DNA from: an uncultured Alphaproteobacteria bacterium
Lineage (GTDB): Bacteria > Pseudomonadota > Alphaproteobacteria > HIMB59 > GCA-002718135
NCBI GenBank assembly: GCA_902595855.1
Contig: CACJRY010000004.1
Coordinates: forward strand, 1,500 to 65,499
Length of the DNA stretch: 64,000 nt
Direction: 5' to 3'
The position numbers were made by a program, and so were the translations under genes. Below are positions 41,503-49,896 of the stretch, in pieces (within the stretch, counting starts at the first letter, position 1; each line of letters starts with the position of its first letter). The notes beneath the pieces were generated by a model. The model had not been told where the DNA came from, did not search any database, and saw nothing but the letters and a program-made list of their open reading frames with translations.

Positions 41503-41723
41503 ATTTGATAGATGATTCTAAGAAACATTGTAGTGATGCAAATGAAAATTATTTTCAACATATGGCAGTAGCTCAAAAAATTTCATTTGAATTGCTTAAA
41601 GCTTCATTAATGGCCTTTTTACATTCTATAATTCCTGCATTATTTCAAACCAATGCAAGTAAAAAGATAATAGATTTGAATAAATATTTAGAAGAAAAAA
41701 AACGAGTTAAAAATGAAAGTTAA
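41499..41723 (+). CDS. small conserved hypothetical protein (DUF6356-like, one hydrophobic helix)
   Basis: 74 aa. ATGA overlap with aguA and 11-nt overlap with aguB. ENYFQHMAVAQKISFELLKASLMAFLHSIIPALFQTNASK resembles a small proteobacterial family I recall as DUF6356. Confidence 0.45.
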   Translation: MNLIDDSKKHCSDANENYFQHMAVAQKISFELLKASLMAFLHSIIPALFQTNASKKIIDLNKYLEEKKRVKNES

Positions 41724-42582
41724 AATAGCTGCTACTCAAATGAGTTGTGATTGGGAAATTGAAAACAATTTAAATAAAGCTATAAAATTAGTTGAAACAG
41801 CTGCCCAAAAGGGAGCAAATATTATTTTATTGCAAGAATTATTTCTAACACCCTATTTTTGCATTCAATATGATGAAGAAATTTTTAAATTAGCTCAAAC
41901 TTTTGAAGATAGTACTTTACTAAAAAAAATGAGTGATATTGCAAAAAAAAATAATGTTGTTTTGCCCATAAGTTTTTTTGAAAAAGAAAATAACTCTTAT
42001 TTTAATTCTTTAGCAGTTATAGATGCAGATGGGAGTGTACTTGGAAAGTATAGAAAGTCACACATACCTGATGGACCAGGTTATCTTGAGAAATATTATT
42101 TTAATCCAGGCGATACTGGCTTTCAAGTTTGGGAAACTAAGTTTGGTAAAATTGGTATAGGTATTTGTTGGGATCAATGGTTTCCTGAAGCAGCAAGAAT
42201 TATGGCGTTAAAAGGTGCAGAAATTCTTCTTTACCCAACTGCAATTGGAGATGAATTAATGAGTGAATATGACAGTTCTGATGCATGGCAAACAGTAATG
42301 AGAGGTCACGCTGCAGCAAATATCATGCCTGTTGTAGCCTCTAATCGAATTGGTTCTGAGTCAGTTAAAGGTCAAGTTAATGGTTTTTATGGAAGATCTT
42401 TCATATGTGACCGCTCTGGTAAGATGCTAGCTGAAGCGTCAAAAGATAAGGAAGAAATCATTTTTGCAGATGTTGATACAGAGGATAATCACTTATTTAG
42501 AAGAAATTGGGGGTTATTTAGAGATAGAAGGCCAGAATTATATAAAGAGATATTAACTCTGAATGGCAAAATTAAAGATTAA
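41713..42582 (+). CDS. aguB: N-carbamoylputrescine amidase
   Basis: 289 aa. Nitrilase-superfamily E-K-C triad context (LLQELF, YRKSHIP, GIGICWDQWFPE). Confidence 0.9.
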   Translation: MKVKIAATQMSCDWEIENNLNKAIKLVETAAQKGANIILLQELFLTPYFCIQYDEEIFKLAQTFEDSTLLKKMSDIAKKNNVVLPISFFEKENNSYFNSLAVIDADGSVLGKYRKSHIPDGPGYLEKYYFNPGDTGFQVWETKFGKIGIGICWDQWFPEAARIMALKGAEILLYPTAIGDELMSEYDSSDAWQTVMRGHAAANIMPVVASNRIGSESVKGQVNGFYGRSFICDRSGKMLAEASKDKEEIIFADVDTEDNHLFRRNWGLFRDRRPELYKEILTLNGKIKD

Positions 42583-43954
42583 GATACCATTTAAGTTCTG
42601 TATTTGAAATTTCTGAATTAAAAGACTCTTGCTCTTTTCTTTTTAAGTCAACAAAAATTTTTACATACTCCTTTGTTAAATATTTATTTAATACTTTGGA
42701 TTTTTCTAACCTTGCAAGAGCATCATTAATATTTAAAGGCATATCTTTATCAGGATTATCACAAGCATTATCTGTCCTAGGTTTATCTGGTGTTAATTTA
42801 TTTTTAATGCCAAACATAATTCCACTTAAAATTGATGAGAGTACTAAATAAGCATTTGCTTCAGCTCCTGCTACTCTATGCTCAATTCTTGTAGCATCTT
42901 CATCGCTAACTGGAATCCTAAAAGCAACTGATCTATTATTAGGACCCCAGCTTGAATTCACTGGCACAAATTGATCAGGTAGAAATCTTCTATAAGAATT
43001 TATGTTAGGTGCAAAGATTGCCATAGACTCGTACATTGTCTTTTGCAAACCAGCAATTGCATTAAGTAGATATTTATTTTTTAATTTATTTTTAGAGAAA
43101 ATATTAACATCATTTTTATCGTATAAACTTAAATGAACATGCATACCGCTTCCAGCCTCACTTAAATAGGGTTTTGACAGAAAAGTTGCTTCATAACCAT
43201 GTTTAACAGCTGTTTCTTTTACAAGTCTTCTTAATAAAATAGAGTCATCTGCAGCTTTTAATAAATCAGTAGTGCTATTAAGATTTATTTCAAATTGACC
43301 GGGAGCAAATTCAGAAGAAGCTGTTGAAGCAGGTATATTTTGAATTTTGCAAAATTTATTTACGTCTTCTAAAAAATCATAGAAATCATCAAGTTCACTC
43401 ATTCCATAAACTTGCGTTCCCTCTGCTTGTCTTTTATTTCTTTTAGAAATTGGTGGTGATGGAACTTCATCAAGTTTTTTTCTTGTTTTTATCAAATAGA
43501 ATTCTAACTCAAAAGCTACTCTTGGATATAATTTTAATTTTGAAAAAATATCCCATACATTAGCTAAAACATTTCTTGGATCCACAATTGATGAATAAAG
43601 CGAGTCATCTTGGATTGAAATTAAGACTTGAGCAATATTATCTTTATGCCAAGGCGTCATAGATAAAGTATTTTTTACCGGAAAATAATTGGCATCTGGA
43701 TCGCCATCAGTAAACCCCCTACCCTCAGCATCTGGACAATAACCAGATGTATCGAGTAAAAATGTTGAATAACAAAACTGCACTCCAGATTTAAAAATTT
43801 TTTCTGCATCAGCAATTGGAATTCTTTTGCCCCTGATTATACCCGATAAATCTCCTAATATTACATCAAGATATTTAACTTTTTGGTGTTGTTTTATAAA
43901 ATTATTAAAATCATCAATATTGGCTAGAACTACTTTTTTAAACTTCGGTTTCAT
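42572..43954 (-). CDS. glutamine synthetase family protein (second PuuA/PauA-like gamma-glutamyl-amine synthetase)
   Basis: 460 aa. FELEFYL, GQFEINL, GSGMHVHLS, NINSYRRF, NRSVAFRIP, RIEHRVAGAEANAYL. Paralog of 34287-35651. Confidence 0.8.
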   Translation of the reverse strand: MKPKFKKVVLANIDDFNNFIKQHQKVKYLDVILGDLSGIIRGKRIPIADAEKIFKSGVQFCYSTFLLDTSGYCPDAEGRGFTDGDPDANYFPVKNTLSMTPWHKDNIAQVLISIQDDSLYSSIVDPRNVLANVWDIFSKLKLYPRVAFELEFYLIKTRKKLDEVPSPPISKRNKRQAEGTQVYGMSELDDFYDFLEDVNKFCKIQNIPASTASSEFAPGQFEINLNSTTDLLKAADDSILLRRLVKETAVKHGYEATFLSKPYLSEAGSGMHVHLSLYDKNDVNIFSKNKLKNKYLLNAIAGLQKTMYESMAIFAPNINSYRRFLPDQFVPVNSSWGPNNRSVAFRIPVSDEDATRIEHRVAGAEANAYLVLSSILSGIMFGIKNKLTPDKPRTDNACDNPDKDMPLNINDALARLEKSKVLNKYLTKEYVKIFVDLKRKEQESFNSEISNTELKWYLNL

Positions 43955-44078
43955 AAATTGAATTTAACTAAGCATTTTAAGAGATAAATGAAAGTAAATT
44001 TATATAATTTTTAAAAAAAGTGTTGAAAAAACCCAATTTATTTGATGTTATAAAAATATAATTTGGAAGGAAAAAATT

Positions 44079-45191
44079 ATGCCTAAATACGATTTATCAA
44101 AACGAATTGTAAATGGTGAGCTAACTAGAAGACAAATGCTCAAAGGTCTTGGTGCTGCAGGTGTTTTATCAACTACAGTACCTTTATTACCAAAAACAGC
44201 ATTTGCTAAACAGCAAGCTCAACTATTTACTTGGGGTGGATATGATGATGAGGGTCTTTATGCTGGATACATTGAGAAACATGGCGGAGATCCTGAATAT
44301 TCAATATTTGGTGATGCAGAAGAAGGACTTCAAAAACTAAGATCTGGTTATGTTGTCGATGTTGCTCATCCTTGCCATTCTGACCCACCAAGATGGAATA
44401 GAGCTGGAGTAATTCAACCTCTTGATACTAGCAGACTAAGCAATTGGAATGATTTATTTCCAGAACTAATCAATATGAGCTCAATTAATTTTGATGGACA
44501 TTATTGGATGGCTCCTGTTGATTGGGGTGATACTTCAATAGTATACAATCCTGATAAAGTTGATTGGGTAAAACCTGGTGAGGAAAGTCTTAGCCTTCTC
44601 TGGGATGAGAGAATGAAAGGCAAGTTCGCTATCATGGACTCTGCAGCTGACTCTTGGTATGTTTATGCGATTGCTCTTGGCTTAGATGTCAAGAAAATGG
44701 AAAACATTTCTAAAGCTGATGTTGATATGGTTTATGAAAAAGCTGCTGGTTGGAGAGATAACGTAAAAATGTTTACAACTGACACAGCAACAATGGAACA
44801 GGCTCTTATGGATGAAGAAGTTTGGGCAGCTTTATGCTGGAATGAATCTTCATGGAATTCAGGATATCCAATGATGAGTCCAAAAGAGGGCAACCTTACT
44901 TGGTCTTGTGGATTAGTAATTCATAAGGATGCACCAAATTTAGATCTGGCATATGATCTTATTGACTCTGCTATTAGCGCTGAAACATCTGCGTACATGC
45001 TGAGTGAATGGGGCTATGGTCATTCAAATAAAAAAGGATTTGAGACAATCAGTAAAGCTGATTTAGCTGAAAGAGGTGTTGCTCAAGATCCAATTTCTCA
45101 TTTGCAAAATGGCCACTTCAATAACAGTCCTTCAGATGAAGTTAATGACTACATCGAACAAAAATGGGCTGAATATACAATTGGAGGCTAA
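44079..45191 (+). CDS. ABC transporter periplasmic substrate-binding protein (PotD/PotF polyamine family) with twin-arginine signal
   Basis: 370 aa. Tat-type signal LTRRQMLKGLGAAGVLSTTVPLLPKTAFA; family-1 SBP fold. GGAAGGA Shine-Dalgarno; own terminator. Confidence 0.85.
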   Translation: MPKYDLSKRIVNGELTRRQMLKGLGAAGVLSTTVPLLPKTAFAKQQAQLFTWGGYDDEGLYAGYIEKHGGDPEYSIFGDAEEGLQKLRSGYVVDVAHPCHSDPPRWNRAGVIQPLDTSRLSNWNDLFPELINMSSINFDGHYWMAPVDWGDTSIVYNPDKVDWVKPGEESLSLLWDERMKGKFAIMDSAADSWYVYAIALGLDVKKMENISKADVDMVYEKAAGWRDNVKMFTTDTATMEQALMDEEVWAALCWNESSWNSGYPMMSPKEGNLTWSCGLVIHKDAPNLDLAYDLIDSAISAETSAYMLSEWGYGHSNKKGFETISKADLAERGVAQDPISHLQNGHFNNSPSDEVNDYIEQKWAEYTIGG

Positions 45192-45200
45192 TAAATATTT

Positions 45201-45227
45201 AACCCGCTCTTTCGAGCGGGTTTTTAA
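45201..45227 (+). terminator. rho-independent terminator of the binding-protein gene
   Basis: AACCCGCTC tttc GAGCGGGTT + TTT. Perfect 9-bp stem, 4-nt loop, T-run on the + strand. It abuts the stop codon of the convergent ATPase gene. Confidence 0.7.
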
Positions 45228-46306
45228 TCTTTTATTATTTTTAGATTTTGTGAATTAAAGTTTACGAAACAATTATCACTTTCACTAAAAGTTTCTTTAG
45301 ATTCATTTGTTGATACCATCAAAATTTTCTCAGAATTATCAAGCTGTATATAAAAGTAAGTACTCTCTCCATAAAATGAAATATTTTTAACCTTACCATT
45401 AAAATTGCAATCATGATTAGGGTCACTAACTTTAGAGATATTGATTTCCTCAGGTCTGATTGCTATATTAAATCGATCACCCTCAATAATTTTTTGATGA
45501 TTTTTTAATGTCATTAATCCAAAGCCATCTACTGAAATAGAAATAGACTCGCTTGAAACATTCTTAAGATCAGCATCTAAAATATTAATATTTCCGATAA
45601 ACTGAGAGACAAATTTATTTTTAGGGTTGTGATAGATTTCTCTCGGTGGTGAAACTTGAAGAATATTTCCTTCATCCATTACAGCAATTCTGTCAGACAT
45701 TGTCATTGCCTCTTCTTGATCATGAGTAACAAAAATAAAAGTAATACCAAGACTCTTTTGCAAATTTCTTAATTCAATTTGCATTTCTTCTCTTAATTTT
45801 TTATCAAGAGCACCAAGAGGTTCATCAAGAAGTAGTACTTTTGGTTGTTTAACTAAAGCCCTTGCAAGAGCAATTCTTTGTCTTTGACCTCCAGATAATT
45901 GATTTGAGTATCTATTTTCATAACCTTCTAACTGAACCATCTTAAGAGCATTTTCAACTCTTTCTCCCATTTCAGCTTTGCTTAAATTTTCTTTTCTTAA
46001 ACCAAATTCAATATTTCTTTGAACATTAATGTGGGGGAAAATAGCATAGTTTTGAAATACCATATTTGAAGGTCGAAGGTTGGGTGGAAGAGATGTAACA
46101 TTAGCATCATCAAAAAATACTTCACCCTCTGATGGATATTCAAATCCAGCTAATATTCTCAGTAAAGTAGTTTTTCCACATCCAGATGGTCCAAGTAGCG
46201 AGAAAAATTCACCCTCTTCTACTTCAAGATTAATGTTTTTTAAAACTTCAACATCTCCAAAACTTTTGGATAAATTTTTAATTTTGATATAATTTTTAGT
46301 ACTCAT
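45224..46306 (-). CDS. ABC transporter ATP-binding protein (PotA/PotG-like)
   Basis: 360 aa. Walker A GPSGCGKTT, signature LSGGQRQR, Walker B LLLDEP, C-terminal TOBE-like domain. Confidence 0.9.
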   Translation of the reverse strand: MSTKNYIKIKNLSKSFGDVEVLKNINLEVEEGEFFSLLGPSGCGKTTLLRILAGFEYPSEGEVFFDDANVTSLPPNLRPSNMVFQNYAIFPHINVQRNIEFGLRKENLSKAEMGERVENALKMVQLEGYENRYSNQLSGGQRQRIALARALVKQPKVLLLDEPLGALDKKLREEMQIELRNLQKSLGITFIFVTHDQEEAMTMSDRIAVMDEGNILQVSPPREIYHNPKNKFVSQFIGNINILDADLKNVSSESISISVDGFGLMTLKNHQKIIEGDRFNIAIRPEEINISKVSDPNHDCNFNGKVKNISFYGESTYFYIQLDNSEKILMVSTNESKETFSESDNCFVNFNSQNLKIIKD

Positions 46307-46310
46307 AATT

Positions 46311-47117
46311 TTAAATACCTATACTAAAATCTTTTTTCTTGCCTTGTCCAAGATTTCTTAACCAATATGCCGTCATAACAATTAGAGAAGTGACTATAAT
46401 AATAATAGCACCTAATGCCAATATATGAGGGAATTTTTTTGGAAACCTTAATTGACTCCACATATAAATCGGAAGTGTTTGATCACTGGAGCTTAAAAAG
46501 AATGCTAATATAAATTCATCGAAGGATATAACAAATGCTAAAAGCAATGATGCAATTATCCCTGGAAGTAAAAGGGGGAAGGTGACTCTCCAGAAAGTCC
46601 AAAAAGAATTTTCACCTAAATCCATCGAGGCTTCTTCTAAACTTTTATCAAAACCTTCCATTCTAGAAATTAAAATTAGCATACAAAATGGTGTGCAAAA
46701 AAGAATATGAGAAATAGTAACCGGTATTAAACCTAATTTTAGTCCCATACTAGTCCAGATAACTATTAGAGCCACTGCAATTATAATTTCAGGAATTATA
46801 AATGGCAAAAGTATTGCTCCATATGATAACCCATGAAATTTAACTTTGTATCTTGTAAAAGCTTTAGCAGCAAATAAAGCTATGAATGTACTTACTACTG
46901 AAGCAATGATACCCACTTTAATACTGTTAAATAGTGCTTGATGCAGTCTACTTTTATTCCACATTTGAATATACCAGTCGAAAGTAAAGCCTTTTAAAGG
47001 GAACACCATATGAAAAGAGTCATTGAATGAAAAAATTGGTAGCAAAAGAACAGGAATATACAAAAAGGCAAAATAAAAAATACAATAGATAAAAAGTGTG
47101 TTGTTCTTATTATACAT
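46311..47117 (-). CDS. ABC transporter permease (PotC/PotI-like)
   Basis: 268 aa, 6 TM. EAA-loop EEASMDLGENSFWTFWRVTFPLLLPG. Confidence 0.85.
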   Translation of the reverse strand: MYNKNNTLFIYCIFYFAFLYIPVLLLPIFSFNDSFHMVFPLKGFTFDWYIQMWNKSRLHQALFNSIKVGIIASVVSTFIALFAAKAFTRYKVKFHGLSYGAILLPFIIPEIIIAVALIVIWTSMGLKLGLIPVTISHILFCTPFCMLILISRMEGFDKSLEEASMDLGENSFWTFWRVTFPLLLPGIIASLLLAFVISFDEFILAFFLSSSDQTLPIYMWSQLRFPKKFPHILALGAIIIIVTSLIVMTAYWLRNLGQGKKKDFSIGI

Positions 47118-48001
47118 TATGACATCCTCATTGAAACTTTTTTAGTGATATATGTAACTAAAGCAGCAATTAAGCAAACTGTTGTGAGCATTAATACAGC
47201 AGAGGCTGCACCTAAAGGAAAATTATTTGCCCTACCAAACAAACTTTGAATCATATTTGATAACATTCGACCATCAGTCCCTCCAACTAACTGTGGGGTA
47301 ACATAATCACCTACTGTTGGGATAAAAATAATTAATATTGCCCCAATAACGCCTGGTAATGACAAAGGAAAGGTTACCCTCCAAAATGTTTCAAATTTAG
47401 TATTACCAAGATCATAAGATGCTTCCAAAAGAGATTTATCAATTTTATCAAGCGATACATACAAAGGCAAAATAGCAAATGCCGCCCATGCATGAGACAA
47501 AGTGATTATTACAGCTGCCTGATTGTATAATAAAAATCCAAGTGGCTCGTCAATCATTCCAGTTCCCATTAAAGCAGAATTTATTACACCTTTATTTCCT
47601 AAAATTACTCTCCATGAAAAAACTCTGAGTAGATAGCTAGTCCAAAAAGGAAGTGTCATTAAGACAATCCATAGCATTTTATTTTTTTTGACATAAAAAG
47701 CTATGTAGTAAGCCAATGGATAAGTGGTTAATAAAGTCAACAAGGTAACAAAAAATGATATTTTTACTGAGCGAAACAAAAGCATTGAAAAGATAGGTTT
47801 TGAAAAAAAATCCTCATATCTACCTGTTGTAAAAGTTCTATCAATTTCAATCATTGATATTTGAGTATTGAAACTTGTAAATATCATTACTATCATTGGG
47901 GCAGCCATAGCAAAAATAACTAAGATTAATGCAGGACTTAAAAGAGTATATGCTTTGGCCTGATCACTTCTAAAATATATATTTTGTATAGTTGAGCTCA
48001 T
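47117..48001 (-). CDS. ABC transporter permease (PotB/PotH-like)
   Basis: 294 aa, 6 TM. EAA-loop LEASYDLGNTKFETFWRVTFPLSLPG. 1-nt overlap with the next permease. Confidence 0.85.
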   Translation of the reverse strand: MSSTIQNIYFRSDQAKAYTLLSPALILVIFAMAAPMIVMIFTSFNTQISMIEIDRTFTTGRYEDFFSKPIFSMLLFRSVKISFFVTLLTLLTTYPLAYYIAFYVKKNKMLWIVLMTLPFWTSYLLRVFSWRVILGNKGVINSALMGTGMIDEPLGFLLYNQAAVIITLSHAWAAFAILPLYVSLDKIDKSLLEASYDLGNTKFETFWRVTFPLSLPGVIGAILIIFIPTVGDYVTPQLVGGTDGRMLSNMIQSLFGRANNFPLGAASAVLMLTTVCLIAALVTYITKKVSMRMS

Positions 48002-48002
48002 A

Positions 48003-49178
48003 TCAAATTAAATTTTCTAAACCTCTTTTATAAAGTGAATTTGCAATAATGATACGTTGAATTTCACTTGTTCCTTCCCAGATACGATCTGCTCTCAACT
48101 CTCTAAAAAATCTTTCAGCCACATTTTCTCTCATATAGCCTCTTCCACCAAATATTTGTACTGCCCTATCGGCTACACGGTTAGCCATTTCTGATGCATA
48201 TAATTTTATCATTGAGCATTTAGCATGCAGGATTTTGACATCAGTTTGATTATCATGCTCTTTGCAAATTTCAAAAAGCAAGACTCTTGTTGCAGCAAGT
48301 TCAGTTACACTATCAGCTAACATTGACTGAATTAATTGAAAATCTTTTATTTTAGTTCCATTAGCTTCTCTATCTTTGGCAAATTTAGTTGCTTCAAATA
48401 TTAATCTTTCTGCTGCCCCACAACACCTAGCAGCAATTCCTAATCTTTCATGACGAAACCAAGAATGCGTATATGCCATTCCATCATCTTCTTTTCCAAT
48501 GATACAATTCGAGGGTATCTTAACGTCATTAAAATTGTAAATACAATGATGATGAGAAAAAGTATGCGTAAATTCTGGAGTATCGATTAATTCAATACCT
48601 TCTAAATGTTTATCAACAATAAATAAGGCATGTTGATCTTTGTTTTTTCCATTTTTTAATTTTGCTTGCAAAAAAAAGAAATCAGCTTTGTTGGCGCTAG
48701 TGACATACCACTTTTCACCATTAATTATATAATTACCATCAATCAACTCAGCTGTAGTTTTGATTGAACCATTTACATCTGAGCCTGATCCTTTTTCAGT
48801 AATAGCATAACATTCTTTTTTTTCACCTTTGAGTAAAGGGTACAAATAATTTTCTTTTTGAAAAGGTGTAAAATTTTCTTCCATCCAATCTTGTGCCTCA
48901 GAGAAACACCAACATAATGCATTAGTTACTCTTCCTAACTGTTCCCAAATAATCATTTGCTCAAACATTGAAAGCTCCAAACCGCCTTCTTTTTTTGATA
49001 TTCCCATACCAGGTAAGCCGAGCTTAATTGCTATATCAGAATGCTTTTTTTCAATGTCAGAGGGCAAATTACCAGAATTTTTTTCTGCATGTACTTCCCA
49101 AGGAATTAATTCATTATCAACAAATTTTCTTATTTTGATTTGCCATTCTAAAGCTGATTTTGTCATTCCACTATACAT
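48003..49178 (-). CDS. acyl-CoA dehydrogenase family protein
   Basis: 391 aa. ACAD blocks CYAITEKGSGSDV, QIFGGRGYM, RADRIWEGTSEIQR. Tightly packed between the TetR gene and the ABC permease genes. Confidence 0.85.
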   Translation of the reverse strand: MYSGMTKSALEWQIKIRKFVDNELIPWEVHAEKNSGNLPSDIEKKHSDIAIKLGLPGMGISKKEGGLELSMFEQMIIWEQLGRVTNALCWCFSEAQDWMEENFTPFQKENYLYPLLKGEKKECYAITEKGSGSDVNGSIKTTAELIDGNYIINGEKWYVTSANKADFFFLQAKLKNGKNKDQHALFIVDKHLEGIELIDTPEFTHTFSHHHCIYNFNDVKIPSNCIIGKEDDGMAYTHSWFRHERLGIAARCCGAAERLIFEATKFAKDREANGTKIKDFQLIQSMLADSVTELAATRVLLFEICKEHDNQTDVKILHAKCSMIKLYASEMANRVADRAVQIFGGRGYMRENVAERFFRELRADRIWEGTSEIQRIIIANSLYKRGLENLI

Positions 49179-49801
49179 TAAGAATATCCTTTGAATTGTT
49201 TCGGAAAATGAGTTTTAAGATAATCAATACATATTTTCTTTGACTCAGATCTAGAAAATTTTGATGGTTCATCTAATTGATTAAGCCATAGACCCATAAT
49301 TAATGATTGAAATGCTATTGATAAACTTTTTTTGGATAAATTATTTTTTTCAATCTTAATTAATTCAGAAAATATATTTTCTGTTACATTCTGATAATAT
49401 AAATCTCTTTCTCTACAGATTTGCCTATAAGCAGGCTTGAATTTAATTTCACTAAAGAAAGTAAACCATACAGAAATTTTTTCTGGAGTACATATTTTGG
49501 AACTAAAATCATTTTCTATCATATTGATTATTTTTAACTTAGGATCATCTCCAGCTTTTTTTAAATATTTATCAAATGATGTCAGATATTCGTTAGAAAT
49601 AAATTTCAAAGTTTCTATCAACAGTAATTCTTTACTTTTGAAATGAAAGTTAACTATCCCTTGTGATAAACCTGCGCCTTGAGACACATCATTCATAGTA
49701 AGGTCATTTATGCCTTTTTTTGATAAATTTTTTATCGTTGAAGATATAAGTCTTAAATTACTATTTTTTTTATTCTCTGATCTTTGATTTTTACTAGCCA
49801 T
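49178..49801 (-). CDS. TetR/AcrR family transcriptional regulator
   Basis: 207 aa. N-terminal HTH (INDLTMNDVSQGAGLSQGIVNFHFKSKELL). First gene of the TetR-ACAD-permease-permease-ATPase operon. Confidence 0.85.
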   Translation of the reverse strand: MASKNQRSENKKNSNLRLISSTIKNLSKKGINDLTMNDVSQGAGLSQGIVNFHFKSKELLLIETLKFISNEYLTSFDKYLKKAGDDPKLKIINMIENDFSSKICTPEKISVWFTFFSEIKFKPAYRQICRERDLYYQNVTENIFSELIKIEKNNLSKKSLSIAFQSLIMGLWLNQLDEPSKFSRSESKKICIDYLKTHFPKQFKGYS

Positions 49802-49861
49802 TTAAATTCTCTAAAATAAAGTGATTTTTTCATAAAATTATTGTTTTTTCAAGGAATTTGG

Positions 49862-49877
49862 TTGAATGGTCATTCAA
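49862..49877. promoter_or_regulatory. palindromic operator-like site TTGAATG-GT-CATTCAA (site 2 of 3), candidate TetR operator
   Basis: Perfect 7-2-7 (equivalently TTGAAT-N4-ATTCAA) inverted repeat in the 95-nt divergent spacer. It lies 19 nt before the ATG at 49897 and 60 nt from the TetR start. Confidence 0.5.
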
Positions 49878-49896
49878 AGAAATATAAGAAATCAAA

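Noticed and set aside
43955-44078. Possible riboswitch or leader in the 124-nt spacer upstream of the binding-protein gene (and in the 189-nt recA/dksA spacer)
   Set aside because: I could not fold any conserved-looking multi-helix structure. The sequence is almost pure A/T with only a low-complexity AAATT-TATAT-AATTT palindrome. It is more simply explained as two divergent promoters.
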